This document shows, piece after piece, positions 42,062-52,129 of a stretch of DNA of 64,000 bases. This stretch comes from a virus. The first letter of the stretch is position 1, and every line of letters starts with the position of its first letter. A model generated the notes under the pieces. It was not told where the DNA came from. It searched no databases and saw nothing but the letters and a program-made list of their open reading frames with translations. The position numbers and the translations under genes were made by a program. The stretch is from IMG/VR virus record IMGVR_UViG_3300046799_000011, positions 47,670-111,669 of that record; one strand, 5' to 3'.

Positions 42062-43615
42062 CTATGGATTAGCAAATTTAGCTGCCTTGAAAAATACCGC
42101 TTGTGATGTATTAGCCAAGTTAGTCGCAACTTTAGTTGCAGCAATGTAACCGATAAGACAAGCCTGTGAGCCAATTAAATCAGGGTTAGTGACAAACGCT
42201 TCCTGCCCAACTGCCGCATTGGCTAAGGCTAGTGAAGTATAGTCTACTTGGCCATATTGAATAACCAACTGCGTACCTGTAGCACCTGTCGGAATTAACC
42301 AAATTCTATGAATTGCTGCGTGTCCATTAGCGGACAGGGCTGTAATAGTTCCAGCATTATCATAATTTGCAACGTCTAATGTAGTTCTAGTTCCAGATTG
42401 TGACGAGGTAGTCTGAGTAACGTACCGAAAGGTTGCTAGAAGGTCTGTGGGATTAGTAACTAAGTTGGGCTTATTAATTCCGTTAAAACTGTAATTACGG
42501 CCGATTGAAAGCTGCGTACCTGCTGACTTATCCAGACTTAAACTAGTAGCATTGGCAGTAATAATATTTCCAGATACTGAGAAAGATCCTAGATTAGTGA
42601 AAAGACCAAATAAAGTATCAGTTGGATATGATTCGATGATCGGTGCAGACATTATATTGTACAAAGCGCCCGTTGGAACGACTGACCAGGTAACTCCAAG
42701 TTGAATATTTGCACGACGCTGTGGACCATCAAGAGGTGTGGCCTGTGAATGAATATTTCCAGAGCTATCCGCGTACCAATAGTTAACTACACGAGTATTC
42801 TCAGAAGCTCCCAAGGTGACAGTTTGAGCGTTAATAGTTACTGGAGTAAGCACGGGGAGCGTAGGGGTAGTTACATAATCAGCTACTAATCCTGTACCTG
42901 CTGTGATATTAAAAGCGGTTGGACTAGCATTTTGGGACATAACGCCGCCAGTGAGGATACCTGTACTAACAAAGTTAGGAAGAACTGACCAGGCGGCTGT
43001 AGTGCTTGTTAGGGCTGAAGGTGAAGCTCCATAGGTGGGTGTTCCCGTGATAGCAATGCCATTTACCTTTGCCACCGTTGGTGCTGGATATATACCAGTG
43101 AGATCGCCAGTTGCTGCGCCATTAGGCGGCAAAGCTACAGGAATTTGTCCGAATGTAGCCGAATCTGCTGAAGCACTTCCATTTGCTAGGCCAGTTAGCT
43201 TTTGGTTGTTCATAGAAATTGAAGCTGATGGGGCTGCCATTTGATCTAGACGATTAGCTCTAACAATAGTATTTACATTAGATGTAGCAGACAACGTAGG
43301 CGCTGGATATGTACCTGTCAAATCTCCAGTGGCACTACCGTTAGGTGGAAGTGTCGTAGGAATCTGCCCAAATGCCGCCGCGTCGGTAGCAGCAGTTCCA
43401 TTGGATACTCCAGTAAGTTTATGGGTATTTAGGCTTACGTTAGCTGTAGGCGCTGCCATCTGGTCAAGTCTAATGGCCTCTATAATGCCCTGTACGTTTG
43501 CTGTGGACATTATCGTAGGGTTAGGAAAAGTTCCTCCCAAGTCCCCTCCCGCAGCGCCTTCAGAATTTCCTGCGGGCCCTTGTGGTCCTACACCAAAACT
43601 TCCTCTACGCGCCAT
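42062..43615 (-). CDS. fiber-like virion protein with internal repeats
   Basis: Repeats GDL(G/T)GxxPxPT x3 and RLDQMAAP x2; short GPQGPAG. Confidence 0.7.
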   Translation of the reverse strand: MARRGSFGVGPQGPAGNSEGAAGGDLGGTFPNPTIMSTANVQGIIEAIRLDQMAAPTANVSLNTHKLTGVSNGTAATDAAAFGQIPTTLPPNGSATGDLTGTYPAPTLSATSNVNTIVRANRLDQMAAPSASISMNNQKLTGLANGSASADSATFGQIPVALPPNGAATGDLTGIYPAPTVAKVNGIAITGTPTYGASPSALTSTTAAWSVLPNFVSTGILTGGVMSQNASPTAFNITAGTGLVADYVTTPTLPVLTPVTINAQTVTLGASENTRVVNYWYADSSGNIHSQATPLDGPQRRANIQLGVTWSVVPTGALYNIMSAPIIESYPTDTLFGLFTNLGSFSVSGNIITANATSLSLDKSAGTQLSIGRNYSFNGINKPNLVTNPTDLLATFRYVTQTTSSQSGTRTTLDVANYDNAGTITALSANGHAAIHRIWLIPTGATGTQLVIQYGQVDYTSLALANAAVGQEAFVTNPDLIGSQACLIGYIAATKVATNLANTSQAVFFKAAKFANP

Positions 43616-43926
43616 TAGACACCTGCTTGCACTGTGAAGGTGGCGTTAGCGGCCGAGATCATCTTAACTACGGTATTTGCAGTTACCCCTAAGGCGGGTT
43701 CTGGTGGATTATTTAAGTTAATAGCATCAACATAGCCTAGGGGAGATACAAAGTAACACTCATCCCCAGCAACTGTGGGATCCACACCATCTACCCGTGC
43801 CCACATATCTCCAGAACTTCTATTAATAATTGTAATATTACGGTAGCGGTTGGCGAAGGTAATTGTAGTTACAACTCCGCCTACAGTTGTACCACTTGTA
43901 ATGTGAATAGCCATATGGCTCTCCAA
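43615..43926 (-). CDS. small beta-sandwich virion protein (paralog 1)
   Basis: ITIINR...WARVDGVDPTVAGD. Confidence 0.7.
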   Translation of the reverse strand: MESHMAIHITSGTTVGGVVTTITFANRYRNITIINRSSGDMWARVDGVDPTVAGDECYFVSPLGYVDAINLNNPPEPALGVTANTVVKMISAANATFTVQAGV

Positions 43927-43991
43927 TTGTGGGGGGGTGGATGGAGGAGAGTCCGAATAATAAGGCGAGTTAAAGTTCTAAAAGTTCCCCG

Positions 43992-44294
43992 TTAAGAAAC
44001 ATATACTGTGAAAGGGATAGCTACATCTGAAATCATCAGAACGCTAGTTCCACTTATAACACGAGTTATAGGTTCTTGAGTCAGAATCCCATTAGGGAAA
44101 GTGACTGCCTGTCCTGGAAGAACAGGAAAATTATCATCGGCAAGAATTACTGGATTAATTCCATCAGTTCTCAACCAGATTGTACCTGTAGTACCTCTGT
44201 GTACAATCGTTATATTTGCAAAATACTGAGGGAAGTTAACGGGCTCAACAGTGTTAATCGTTAACGTACCTGATTGTGCTCTGCTTGCAGCCAT
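43992..44294 (-). CDS. small beta-sandwich virion protein (paralog 2)
   Basis: ITIVHR...WLRTDGINPVILAD. Confidence 0.7.
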   Translation of the reverse strand: MAASRAQSGTLTINTVEPVNFPQYFANITIVHRGTTGTIWLRTDGINPVILADDNFPVLPGQAVTFPNGILTQEPITRVISGTSVLMISDVAIPFTVYVS

Positions 44295-44484
44295 CGCATT
44301 CCTATCTCATATCAACCACAGAAGCAGTTTGATCTACTGGATACTGGGGATCTATATCTGGTCTGGAGGGTAATTGTCCTCCGCTATATGTTAAGTTCAG
44401 AGAACTGGGGATTGTTAGGTCCCCAGTTAACTCTTCATAAGCATCGGTACGTCTATCATGAAATACCGTCACTATTGACTCCGA

Positions 44485-44871
44485 TTAGGCCAGTACGATA
44501 GCTGAACCTGGACTTGGTGATAGCTCAATAGTGTAGGCGTGAGTCTGAGCAGAGATAATCTTTACTACTGTCTGAGCTGTAGTAAAGGCTGGAACTGCTG
44601 AAGGATCTGTAGCCAAAGGTGTTGTTGTAGAAAGGTTTGGCTTTGGTGCCAAGTTCTTCAGAGCTACAGTCAGTGTTCCAGAAGCGGCAACCTGTGCCTG
44701 AGTTTCATCAGCGCCACCTACTGTAGGTGTTGTTCCATCAACAGTAATGTAAGCTGCTGCGGCTGTTCCGGAACTTGTAAAGGTAACAATTACATAAGGC
44801 TGCCAAGATGTAAGCGTGTTAGATGCAACTGTGGATGCGGTAAGAGTTCCGCTAACGGCATGTACGGCCAT
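44485..44871 (-). CDS. small beta-sandwich virion protein (paralog 3)
   Basis: YITVDGTTPTVGGAD...TVVKIISA. Confidence 0.7.
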   Translation of the reverse strand: MAVHAVSGTLTASTVASNTLTSWQPYVIVTFTSSGTAAAAYITVDGTTPTVGGADETQAQVAASGTLTVALKNLAPKPNLSTTTPLATDPSAVPAFTTAQTVVKIISAQTHAYTIELSPSPGSAIVLA

Positions 44872-44904
44872 AATTCACGTCCAATATGGGAAAGGGATAA
44901 TTAC

Positions 44905-45114
44905 TTAGTGTCTCGCAATTGAAGCATTAGCCCAGAAGACTACTTCTTCGAGATGTGTGATAGCTAAGGATTTCTCTCGGCTATCGGGCACAGCTTCATC
45001 CAACCACAGCGCAAAGTCCAAAGCGTGCGCACGAACGGATTCGTAACGCTTACCTTGGTCTACACCTGTTACAGGATGAAAAGTGAATCGATTCTTAATA
45101 TCTGTGGTGTCCAT
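44905..45114 (-). CDS. Acb2/Tad1-like helical hairpin protein (candidate signalling-nucleotide sponge)
   Basis: RFTFHP...PDSREKSLAITHLEEVVFWANASIAR. Confidence 0.65.
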   Translation of the reverse strand: MDTTDIKNRFTFHPVTGVDQGKRYESVRAHALDFALWLDEAVPDSREKSLAITHLEEVVFWANASIARH

Positions 45115-45552
45115 TTAGTCTGTGATCACAGCTCCGTGGAGTCTTTCATATCTACCACCACTACGGCTAACTTCCTCAAATCTACGAGCAGCATTAGCAT
45201 CTACGTTAACACCATGCATGAACTCACCAGTCATACCGGCAGAGTCAATCCAAGCAGCAGATCCTACATGAGCACGCTCACGCATTGTCTCAGCAGCAGG
45301 CTTCTCGAATACATTCATATTGTGGTTTGGGCGTCCAGGCGCAGTTCTATACCCCTGCATAGCACCCAATTGGAAGTCATTAGGTACGTCAGTATCTGTG
45401 GCGATTCCCTCTTCAAAACGAAGGGGTCCACGACGCTCAGGGTTAGAAGCGCTCTTGGCCTCGTAATTAACCGCACCGCGATCTCTCTCAGGGAATGTAG
45501 GTGACGGAGCCAGTAATGCTACACGTCCCGCTTCCTTGTACATTTCTGCCAT
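45115..45552 (-). CDS. conserved hypothetical phage protein
   Basis: RRGPLRFEEGIATDTDVPNDF; follows terminase. Confidence 0.75.
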   Translation of the reverse strand: MAEMYKEAGRVALLAPSPTFPERDRGAVNYEAKSASNPERRGPLRFEEGIATDTDVPNDFQLGAMQGYRTAPGRPNHNMNVFEKPAAETMRERAHVGSAAWIDSAGMTGEFMHGVNVDANAARRFEEVSRSGGRYERLHGAVITD

Positions 45553-45596
45553 ATTAGTTCCTTAAGTTAAAACACTAGTGTTGTTTATATCATACA

Positions 45597-47171
45597 TTAA
45601 GAACGTCTTCTATCGTAGAAGGGATTATTCGAGATTTCTATTTCCTCATTCTTATTCTCTGGAATTACGCTTAGAGCAATGGCCAAGGAGTCGCAATAGT
45701 CATCATGGGCATTAACTTCCTTAGGAGCTTCAGCCAGCATATAGGGACCTTCAAACTTTACCTGGAGGTCTGACATCTGCTGAATGAAGTTTCTATACGT
45801 TCTCAGGTTACGAGTTTTAGCGTGGGCAGGCCAACCGATACGGCCACGGTCCAGCATCTCTCTTAGATACTTCCATCGATCTGACTGGGCAGGTCGCATG
45901 GACGAAACATCTACTATCTCTATATGGGGTAATAGCACTCGCAATCTGGATATGAAAATGTCTCCCATACCACCAACATCTACGCCGATAGCCCAGACAT
46001 TGTACTTGGATACGAATTCTACAATTCGATGATACTGGGATTCCCAGTCATGCCCTTGTAAGTCCAGCCAATTTAAAACACGAGTGTTGTAATATCCATA
46101 TTCATCTTGATGTTCCCAGTCAACAAATACTGCCGTGACAATAGTGCTGTCAATCTTACGGGCAGGATCTATACCAATAATAATAGGTGTCGTGTAATAG
46201 CTCTTGACAATCTGCATAGTCTTATCCCCAAGCTCATCAAGACGCTCAGAGGTTGTGAACATTCCTTGTTCCAGAAGCCACATAAGACGGTAGGACAGTT
46301 TGAATTCGTCTGAGTCATATCCCATACGAAGCATGTCACCAGCTACGGCCTTTTCGTATCTCTTGTTCCACTTGGATACTTCTCTATAGTCTGATTCAAA
46401 GTGGTTTACTCGGGCACCACGCTTAGTAGCGTTACGCTTGTTATGTCCAATTTCTCGGTAGAATACGCCCTTCTCATATGTAGGGGTTCCTGTCATAACA
46501 AAAGTTCCGTTAGTAGACGCAAGCATAGGACGAATAGACTTGTCCACAACCTTCTGGTCAGCTACCTGTGCCTCATCCAATAGAGCAATGTGGTAAGTCT
46601 TACCCTCAATATTAGCTCTTGGGTGGGCTGTCTGACGACGTACCAGGGAGCCACAACGGGCTAGTTTCATCTCGGAGCCACGGCCTTTTATCTTCTCGTC
46701 AATAGACGGATCAGAAAGGATAGCCTGCGCTCTCTCGGATTCAAACATAGAGATAATACGAGAATACAAAGTCTTGGCCATGTCATCAACGGGAGCAAAA
46801 GCCCCTACCCATACGCCCTCTTTGAAATCTTCGAGCCACACGTTAAAGCGCTCAATCTTGGCCAAACGGGGAAGCATGATCATCAGAGTAGCTACGGTAG
46901 CTGCTACTGTCTCAGTCTTACCGGACTGACGAGAGAATAAGGCCGTTACTGTAGCTCCGTCATTGATGATAACGGATTCCATAAGCCGAGCAGCAAAAGG
47001 TCGCTGGTAACCATAAAGTGGATGTCCGGATAGTTCATCGGCAAATAGCAGAAGACCTTCTACAATCTCGTCAATAAATGCCTGGGATCTGGGATCCAAC
47101 TCAATAGCAGTCTTCTTATGGGCATCAAGTTCTTCAGCAGTTAATTCATCTAGGTCAATCTCAGTAGCCAT
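45597..47171 (-). CDS. terL: terminase large subunit
   Basis: YQR, SRQSGKT Walker A, LLDEAQ Walker B, TGTP, GIDPA, HDDYCDS; RBS-supported start at 47171. Confidence 0.95.
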   Translation of the reverse strand: MATEIDLDELTAEELDAHKKTAIELDPRSQAFIDEIVEGLLLFADELSGHPLYGYQRPFAARLMESVIINDGATVTALFSRQSGKTETVAATVATLMIMLPRLAKIERFNVWLEDFKEGVWVGAFAPVDDMAKTLYSRIISMFESERAQAILSDPSIDEKIKGRGSEMKLARCGSLVRRQTAHPRANIEGKTYHIALLDEAQVADQKVVDKSIRPMLASTNGTFVMTGTPTYEKGVFYREIGHNKRNATKRGARVNHFESDYREVSKWNKRYEKAVAGDMLRMGYDSDEFKLSYRLMWLLEQGMFTTSERLDELGDKTMQIVKSYYTTPIIIGIDPARKIDSTIVTAVFVDWEHQDEYGYYNTRVLNWLDLQGHDWESQYHRIVEFVSKYNVWAIGVDVGGMGDIFISRLRVLLPHIEIVDVSSMRPAQSDRWKYLREMLDRGRIGWPAHAKTRNLRTYRNFIQQMSDLQVKFEGPYMLAEAPKEVNAHDDYCDSLAIALSVIPENKNEEIEISNNPFYDRRRS

Positions 47172-47215
47172 GTATTTCTCCAAATTAATTTCTCGATAGA
47201 TCCATTGTACCGGAG

Positions 47216-47244
47216 TTGACACATAGCAGTACGCACCGTACAGT
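47216..47244 (+). promoter_or_regulatory. promoter for lone plus-strand gene
   Basis: TTGACA-17-TACAGT. Confidence 0.7.
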
Positions 47245-47277
47245 AAGACTATAACCAACCACTACCAAGGGAACCTG

Positions 47278-47535
47278 ATGAACGAGTACATGGGAGACAA
47301 CGGAGTTTTTGATTCTAGTACCAACAGCTCACACAGTAGGGAATTCTTTCATGGCTTTGTTTCAGCCTTTACTGGAACCCTGATAGGTGCTGCCCTGGAT
47401 AACACTCGGTTCGGTCGCTGGTTCAATACCAGTCCGACTATCGGATGGATCTACCATAAGCTACGCCAGGTATTTACTATTGGCGTTATTATCTTTGTAG
47501 TAATTTATGTATACGAGCTTATAAAGATTTGGTAA
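47278..47535 (+). CDS. small membrane protein
   Basis: Two hydrophobic segments; has its own promoter. Confidence 0.7.
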   Translation: MNEYMGDNGVFDSSTNSSHSREFFHGFVSAFTGTLIGAALDNTRFGRWFNTSPTIGWIYHKLRQVFTIGVIIFVVIYVYELIKIW

Positions 47536-47809
47536 GCCGTTCTTCTATGACTTGCATAGCTGCCAATAAAGATACTGCTCCTACCTTTATGTCCTCTGTG
47601 TATATAAGAGCCTGATCCGAAGTTCCATGGGTCAGGCTCTTTCTCATTTCTGTGATGTTCTTACCGATACCCGTATGGATATTATCCACCCATCGTATTA
47701 GTTCATCATTGGGTGCCTTACGTAATCTATTAAGTAACTTAGCTTTTATCTTCTCATCCGGCTTACTACTTCTGAATCTCTTTAACATATTACAAATCCA
47801 ATGCGTCAA
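47519..47809 (-). CDS. hypothetical protein
   Basis: Packed ORF. Confidence 0.65.
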   Translation of the reverse strand: MTHWICNMLKRFRSSKPDEKIKAKLLNRLRKAPNDELIRWVDNIHTGIGKNITEMRKSLTHGTSDQALIYTEDIKVGAVSLLAAMQVIEERLTKSL

Positions 47810-48143
47810 CTAGTAGTTCTTGTTGTTCTGCCGTAAATTGCTTCTTAATCATAGTTCTACGGATGTGTGTCTTCTCCGCATCCATAAACGCCTCATCGGT
47901 CATCTGACGCCCTTCCAGCGCATCTAGTAGGGTTTGCTCCTCCGTGCGATTGGTAGAGCGCCACAGGCCCACTACAAGCCCTTGACGGCACCATGGGATA
48001 CGTATGATGAGAGAGTTGGACCATCGGTATGGTTCCTCTAGTTCATGAGAAGGATACCGATGGAATAGCGGGGACTTCTTTTGTAGTTTAATGCCATGTA
48101 CGAATAGTGGTCCGAAATCGTGTGTCTTATTATGAATGGCCAA
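47790..48143 (-). CDS. hypothetical protein
   Basis: Packed ORF. Confidence 0.65.
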   Translation of the reverse strand: MAIHNKTHDFGPLFVHGIKLQKKSPLFHRYPSHELEEPYRWSNSLIIRIPWCRQGLVVGLWRSTNRTEEQTLLDALEGRQMTDEAFMDAEKTHIRRTMIKKQFTAEQQELLVDALDL

Positions 48144-48144
48144 T

Positions 48145-48600
48145 CTAAGTCAATCCTCTGCTGTAAGGGAAACTATTGAGTGTGGAGTTTATATAACGAC
48201 CAGGAGACTGGGCTCTCTGGAATTTCCACCATACTGATGGAGGTACATTGTAATAGGTATAGTAGTCTCCGTCTCTGAATTTTATACGAAGAGACTGACT
48301 TCTTTCATCATAACCGGCAGCAAGAGTTCTAGGTCTTCCCGGATTGATGGTAGGCGTAGGCTGGTAGGGCAACAGAGGCTCATCGTCACCATTAATAGCC
48401 ATCTCAATCTCTTGATAAAGACGTAGGTCAGTAAGGCGTCCTGCCTGATTGCGAGTAGCATTGACATCAAGGTAAGAGGACGGGGCTACCCGGTTGGTCT
48501 CAGGAACCGCGCCTAAGAACTCTCGATCCCACGCCGATCCGGCTCTGCCACGTACAGGCTGAATACGCGGAACTCTATTGACTCTCTTTTGTCTTGCCAT
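48145..48600 (-). CDS. KTSC-domain protein
   Basis: AGYDERSQSLRIKFRDGDYYTYYNVPPSVWWKFQRAQSPGRYI. Confidence 0.85.
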   Translation of the reverse strand: MARQKRVNRVPRIQPVRGRAGSAWDREFLGAVPETNRVAPSSYLDVNATRNQAGRLTDLRLYQEIEMAINGDDEPLLPYQPTPTINPGRPRTLAAGYDERSQSLRIKFRDGDYYTYYNVPPSVWWKFQRAQSPGRYINSTLNSFPYSRGLT

Positions 48601-48616
48601 ATCCTCTCCTTAAATT

Positions 48617-48658
48617 AAAAAGACCTCAGTCCCTAATCTTACAGGGCTGAGGTCTTTT
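48617..48658. terminator. bidirectional intrinsic terminator
   Basis: AAAAGACCTCAGTCC...GGGCTGAGGTCTTTT hairpin. Confidence 0.75.
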
Positions 48659-48873
48659 TATCGTTGTTGTGCTGTCCATCCCGGATTTAAATCGTCTGGT
48701 GTATCGTGCGGGCAATTGTGGCCTGCGTAATGTACACCATCCATATAGGTACAGGAGACATGGGCTTCTACAGTAAAGTCATAAGGAACTTCGGGAGAAG
48801 AATGGAATGTCCAGCTCTCTTCTCGCCAAATGTCACCCTCATCATGTACTGGTCTGTAGAAGTTAATACTCAT
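48658..48873 (-). CDS. hypothetical protein
   Basis: Packed ORF. Confidence 0.55.
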   Translation of the reverse strand: MSINFYRPVHDEGDIWREESWTFHSSPEVPYDFTVEAHVSCTYMDGVHYAGHNCPHDTPDDLNPGWTAQQR

Positions 48874-49276
48874 TAATAAAACTCAAATCTGGCTTGACGT
48901 AAGTATCGGGCTTAAGAATCTTCCCAAAGTGGTTACGTACAACCATACCATCAGACCAAACCTTGGACATATTTGATTCATGCACTACCTTGAATACCTC
49001 TTCAATAGGGATACCAAGTTCTTCAGCAGTTCCATAAACTACATAAAGCAGATCAGCCAATTCCTTGGCCAGCTCTTCCCTCGCCTCTGCCATAGAACTG
49101 GAAGTCTCATTAAAGTAAGTATTCTCCAGGTACTCAATAGCTTCAGCTACTTCCCGGGATTCCTCCGTAATAAGGTTATGTCGCCGAGTAGTTTTCATAG
49201 GGAGAAAATCATTACGCTGTTCAGGGGCAAACTTATCATGAAATTCCTTGAGATCAGCCATAGGATTATAAGTCAT
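48863..49276 (-). CDS. MazG-like NTP pyrophosphohydrolase
   Basis: LITEESRE...KELADLLYVVYG...VHESNMSK...KILKP. Confidence 0.9.
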   Translation of the reverse strand: MTYNPMADLKEFHDKFAPEQRNDFLPMKTTRRHNLITEESREVAEAIEYLENTYFNETSSSMAEAREELAKELADLLYVVYGTAEELGIPIEEVFKVVHESNMSKVWSDGMVVRNHFGKILKPDTYVKPDLSFINEY

Positions 49277-50250
49277 TAGTAAAGGACCCCATTAACGGAG
49301 AAGTTACCATCCTGAACAGATACCAGGTGGGGGAATACCTTATCTCCGTATACTTCAAGAATTCCGAATGCTTGCTGCCAGTTAGCAGTAGCCCCCTTCT
49401 TCTTAAGGTAATCAGCAGATTTGATATCCATAAAGTGCCCAACTTCCATACCAGTAAGCTGTCGCTGATTCCCTCCATTGTATCCGAGGGTTTCAGGGGT
49501 GATACCAGCACGGTGAGTGTGACCACAAACCACAGAGACGCCAAACTTGTTCTTGGCCAAGCCTAGAGCAGTCTTACCACCAGAAGGGCTAAGAGAGCCT
49601 TCATCCCCATGTGCCATGACCCAACCGGGTGCAAGTTCTACAACCGCGTCACGGATAAACTCAACATCGTTGTCATCAAAACCTACCTGCTTCTCTATGG
49701 TCAAATCACGAAGATTCAGTCCCGGTCCACAAGCATCAATATAAAGTTCAAGGCGATCGTCGTGGTTAGACCGAACGATACGGAATCGTCCATCAAATAC
49801 TTCTCGAATCTCTTCTAGAATCCAACGAGAAGCATCAAATCCTGCCTGAAGATCTCCGCCGAATTCACCCTTCTTTCCACGAACCCAACGGCTGATCTCA
49901 GTAGAGTCCGTAAAGTCTCCTACCTGAGCAAGCTCATCCGGCTGAAAGTCTCCAAGGAACTTGATGAACTTGTCAACAAGAATCGTGTCATGTAGCGGAG
50001 CCTGCACATCCGGCATGATGACAATCGTCTTTGCTCGCTCGCTGCCAACATTGGTTACGGGAGCAATTACTACAAGATGCTTGTCACGCCAAGTACGGAT
50101 AAGCTTCTCGGATACAACAATGTTCTTCTGTTCAATAAGATTTGCCTTTGCGGAAAGGCGGCCTAGATTCTGGTTGTTGAGAATATTGTAGATATCCTGG
50201 TCAACCTTGGCCAGAATTTCCAGCTCAACAATACTTGTTACGGGCTGCAC
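49276..50250 (-). CDS. calcineurin-like metallophosphoesterase
   Basis: PDVQ, GDFTD, SNHD, HGD, GHTH. Confidence 0.88.
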   Translation of the reverse strand: MQPVTSIVELEILAKVDQDIYNILNNQNLGRLSAKANLIEQKNIVVSEKLIRTWRDKHLVVIAPVTNVGSERAKTIVIMPDVQAPLHDTILVDKFIKFLGDFQPDELAQVGDFTDSTEISRWVRGKKGEFGGDLQAGFDASRWILEEIREVFDGRFRIVRSNHDDRLELYIDACGPGLNLRDLTIEKQVGFDDNDVEFIRDAVVELAPGWVMAHGDEGSLSPSGGKTALGLAKNKFGVSVVCGHTHRAGITPETLGYNGGNQRQLTGMEVGHFMDIKSADYLKKKGATANWQQAFGILEVYGDKVFPHLVSVQDGNFSVNGVLY

Positions 50251-50317
50251 TGCGCCTCCTCCTAAAGTAAAAGACCTGCATAATGCAGTACATACTACAC
50301 TACGCAGGTCTTGTTGT

Positions 50318-50749
50318 CTACTTCTTGAATAATAGGTCTACTACGCCAATGGCCAAAGGAATCATTACCATGGACACCAGCCATCTGAATTGAGACTGAC
50401 GGGCCTTTATGTAACTTTTGTGTTCTTCTGTTCGTAGTTTGGCCTCATCTGTTATAGCCTTTTCATAACGCTCACGTTCTGTTTGGATATCGCGTCTGAA
50501 GGTTTCAAAAGATGCTCGTACTTCTAGTTTAATAGCCGTTATATCATCTTCGGAATCGTGAACTTTCTCATTAAGATTATCAAATCGGATATCGGATGCG
50601 CGCTTATCCGCATCGTATTCAAGTTTTGTCAGCAGTTTATCCAGGCGGCTGGAAAAATCAGTAAACCGAGTTTCAACGTTTCTTTGCAAACCGTCTAACT
50701 CTCTCTGTACCGCCCCGGACCACTGTATTGGCTCTGGTTGTGTCGTCAT
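50318..50749 (-). CDS. coiled-coil protein with C-terminal TM helix
   Basis: Heptad-rich region; FRWLVSMVMIPLAIGVV. Confidence 0.7.
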   Translation of the reverse strand: MTTQPEPIQWSGAVQRELDGLQRNVETRFTDFSSRLDKLLTKLEYDADKRASDIRFDNLNEKVHDSEDDITAIKLEVRASFETFRRDIQTERERYEKAITDEAKLRTEEHKSYIKARQSQFRWLVSMVMIPLAIGVVDLLFKK

Positions 50750-50918
50750 AATGGCAACTCACTTGGGGCTAGATCTGAAAAGGACAACAGCATAAGACCT
50801 TGTCATCCGTTCATTTCTCCAAATTTCCTGCCCCAAACGTGTTTGAGTGAATTGGTCTAGTGCTATTTCCCCTTAAGGATAACACTAGACCAATCACTTT
50901 TGTGCATACTGAAAGTAA

Positions 50919-51956
50919 TTACTCAGCACTTGGACGAACCAGATCCCATAGCTTACTTGTCAGGTCTCTGCCGTCCAGAATACCGAACATAAAGCTTTCA
51001 TACTGCATACCCTTCACCCTTAATGCGAAATCCTTTCTGGTGTGATTTACTGGCAGATCCAACGTTACTAACCAGTAATCGTCCTTGATACAACCATACG
51101 TTATGGCAAAATCGTCATTGATAGTCTGGTAGGTGTCGCGCAGCCACTCGTGCCATTCATCCGGAACAAACTCACAAAGATCCTGAAAGGTCTTGCCTTC
51201 TTTCATAAGTTCCCAGACACGTCGCGCTGTTAACCCAGTTACGATCTTGTGCAGAATGATGTAATCCTCCTGCTTGATCTTGATACGGTAGTCCAGATCT
51301 GGGAAGTAGACTACGTAACCTTCCGCATTGAGCCTAGGAGGGGCCTCCAGGGCCTCTCTAAGCGTCTTGTAGTGGTAGGTAGCGGCCCTAGGACCCCGCC
51401 ACGTTACAACGTCCTTAGGAAGCAATACAGAGCCTTCCTCAATGTCACGTACGCCTAGTAGCACCAGCTCATCCATCTCACCGTAGTTAAGGACGATACG
51501 GTTAGTAGGATAAACGATTTCGAATAGATAAGTCCATTCGGGAGCTACAGAGAAACCGTACTTGGCCTGCCATACCAGAGTTGCATGGATAGCTTGTTCA
51601 GAAGTAAAAGAGCCACGAGTAGCAATACCCTGAACACCTTCGTAATCCCAGAGGATACCAAGAGAGCCATCCATCTTGTCGGTAGCCACTATAGGATAAT
51701 CCATAAGCAACTTGTCAGCCTGATTCTGTCCATAGTTCATGAACTTGTCAAAGGGCCGAGCAATTACCTTGTTCTCCGAGTTAACGATAAGACCACGACA
51801 CTGGGTAGTTACGGGATTCCATAACTGCTCGTACTGCGCCTTTTCCGTATAGTTGAGAATTCTAAGGTCTAGATACGGGTGAGAGTTCTCTCGTATATAC
51901 CCGTTGGATAAATTAGATTGGTACAGGTCATAGTCAAATAGATCGAACAGATACAC
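50919..51956 (-). CDS. RNA ligase (T4 Rnl1-like)
   Basis: CRGLI...RPFDKFMN; KMDGSLG motif I; ATRGSF; LFEI; EGYV; KIK. Confidence 0.93.
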   Translation of the reverse strand: MYLFDLFDYDLYQSNLSNGYIRENSHPYLDLRILNYTEKAQYEQLWNPVTTQCRGLIVNSENKVIARPFDKFMNYGQNQADKLLMDYPIVATDKMDGSLGILWDYEGVQGIATRGSFTSEQAIHATLVWQAKYGFSVAPEWTYLFEIVYPTNRIVLNYGEMDELVLLGVRDIEEGSVLLPKDVVTWRGPRAATYHYKTLREALEAPPRLNAEGYVVYFPDLDYRIKIKQEDYIILHKIVTGLTARRVWELMKEGKTFQDLCEFVPDEWHEWLRDTYQTINDDFAITYGCIKDDYWLVTLDLPVNHTRKDFALRVKGMQYESFMFGILDGRDLTSKLWDLVRPSAE

Positions 51957-51985
51957 AGCTCCTCCTTCGTTGTCGTTGTGGTACG

Positions 51986-52014
51986 AGACTAAGGCATAGA
52001 AAAACCTCTGTCAA
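51986..52014 (-). promoter_or_regulatory. promoter of RNA ligase
   Basis: TTGACA-17-TAGTCT. Confidence 0.75.
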
Positions 52015-52045
52015 GTTCTACAAACTGTAGAGACAGAGGTTTGAG

Positions 52046-52129
52046 TGGATGCAGAGAGACTTGAACTCCCAGAGCCCGAAGACGACGGCTTTACAGGCCG
52101 TAACGCTACCAATTACGTGTTATACATCC
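52046..52129 (-). tRNA. tRNA-Tyr(GTA)
   Basis: Cloverleaf; ACGGC-CT GTA AA-GCCGT; long variable arm. Confidence 0.9.

Noticed and set aside
496-51824. Numerous plus-strand ORFs antisense to long genes
   Set aside because: Fully overlap well-supported minus-strand genes and have no motifs
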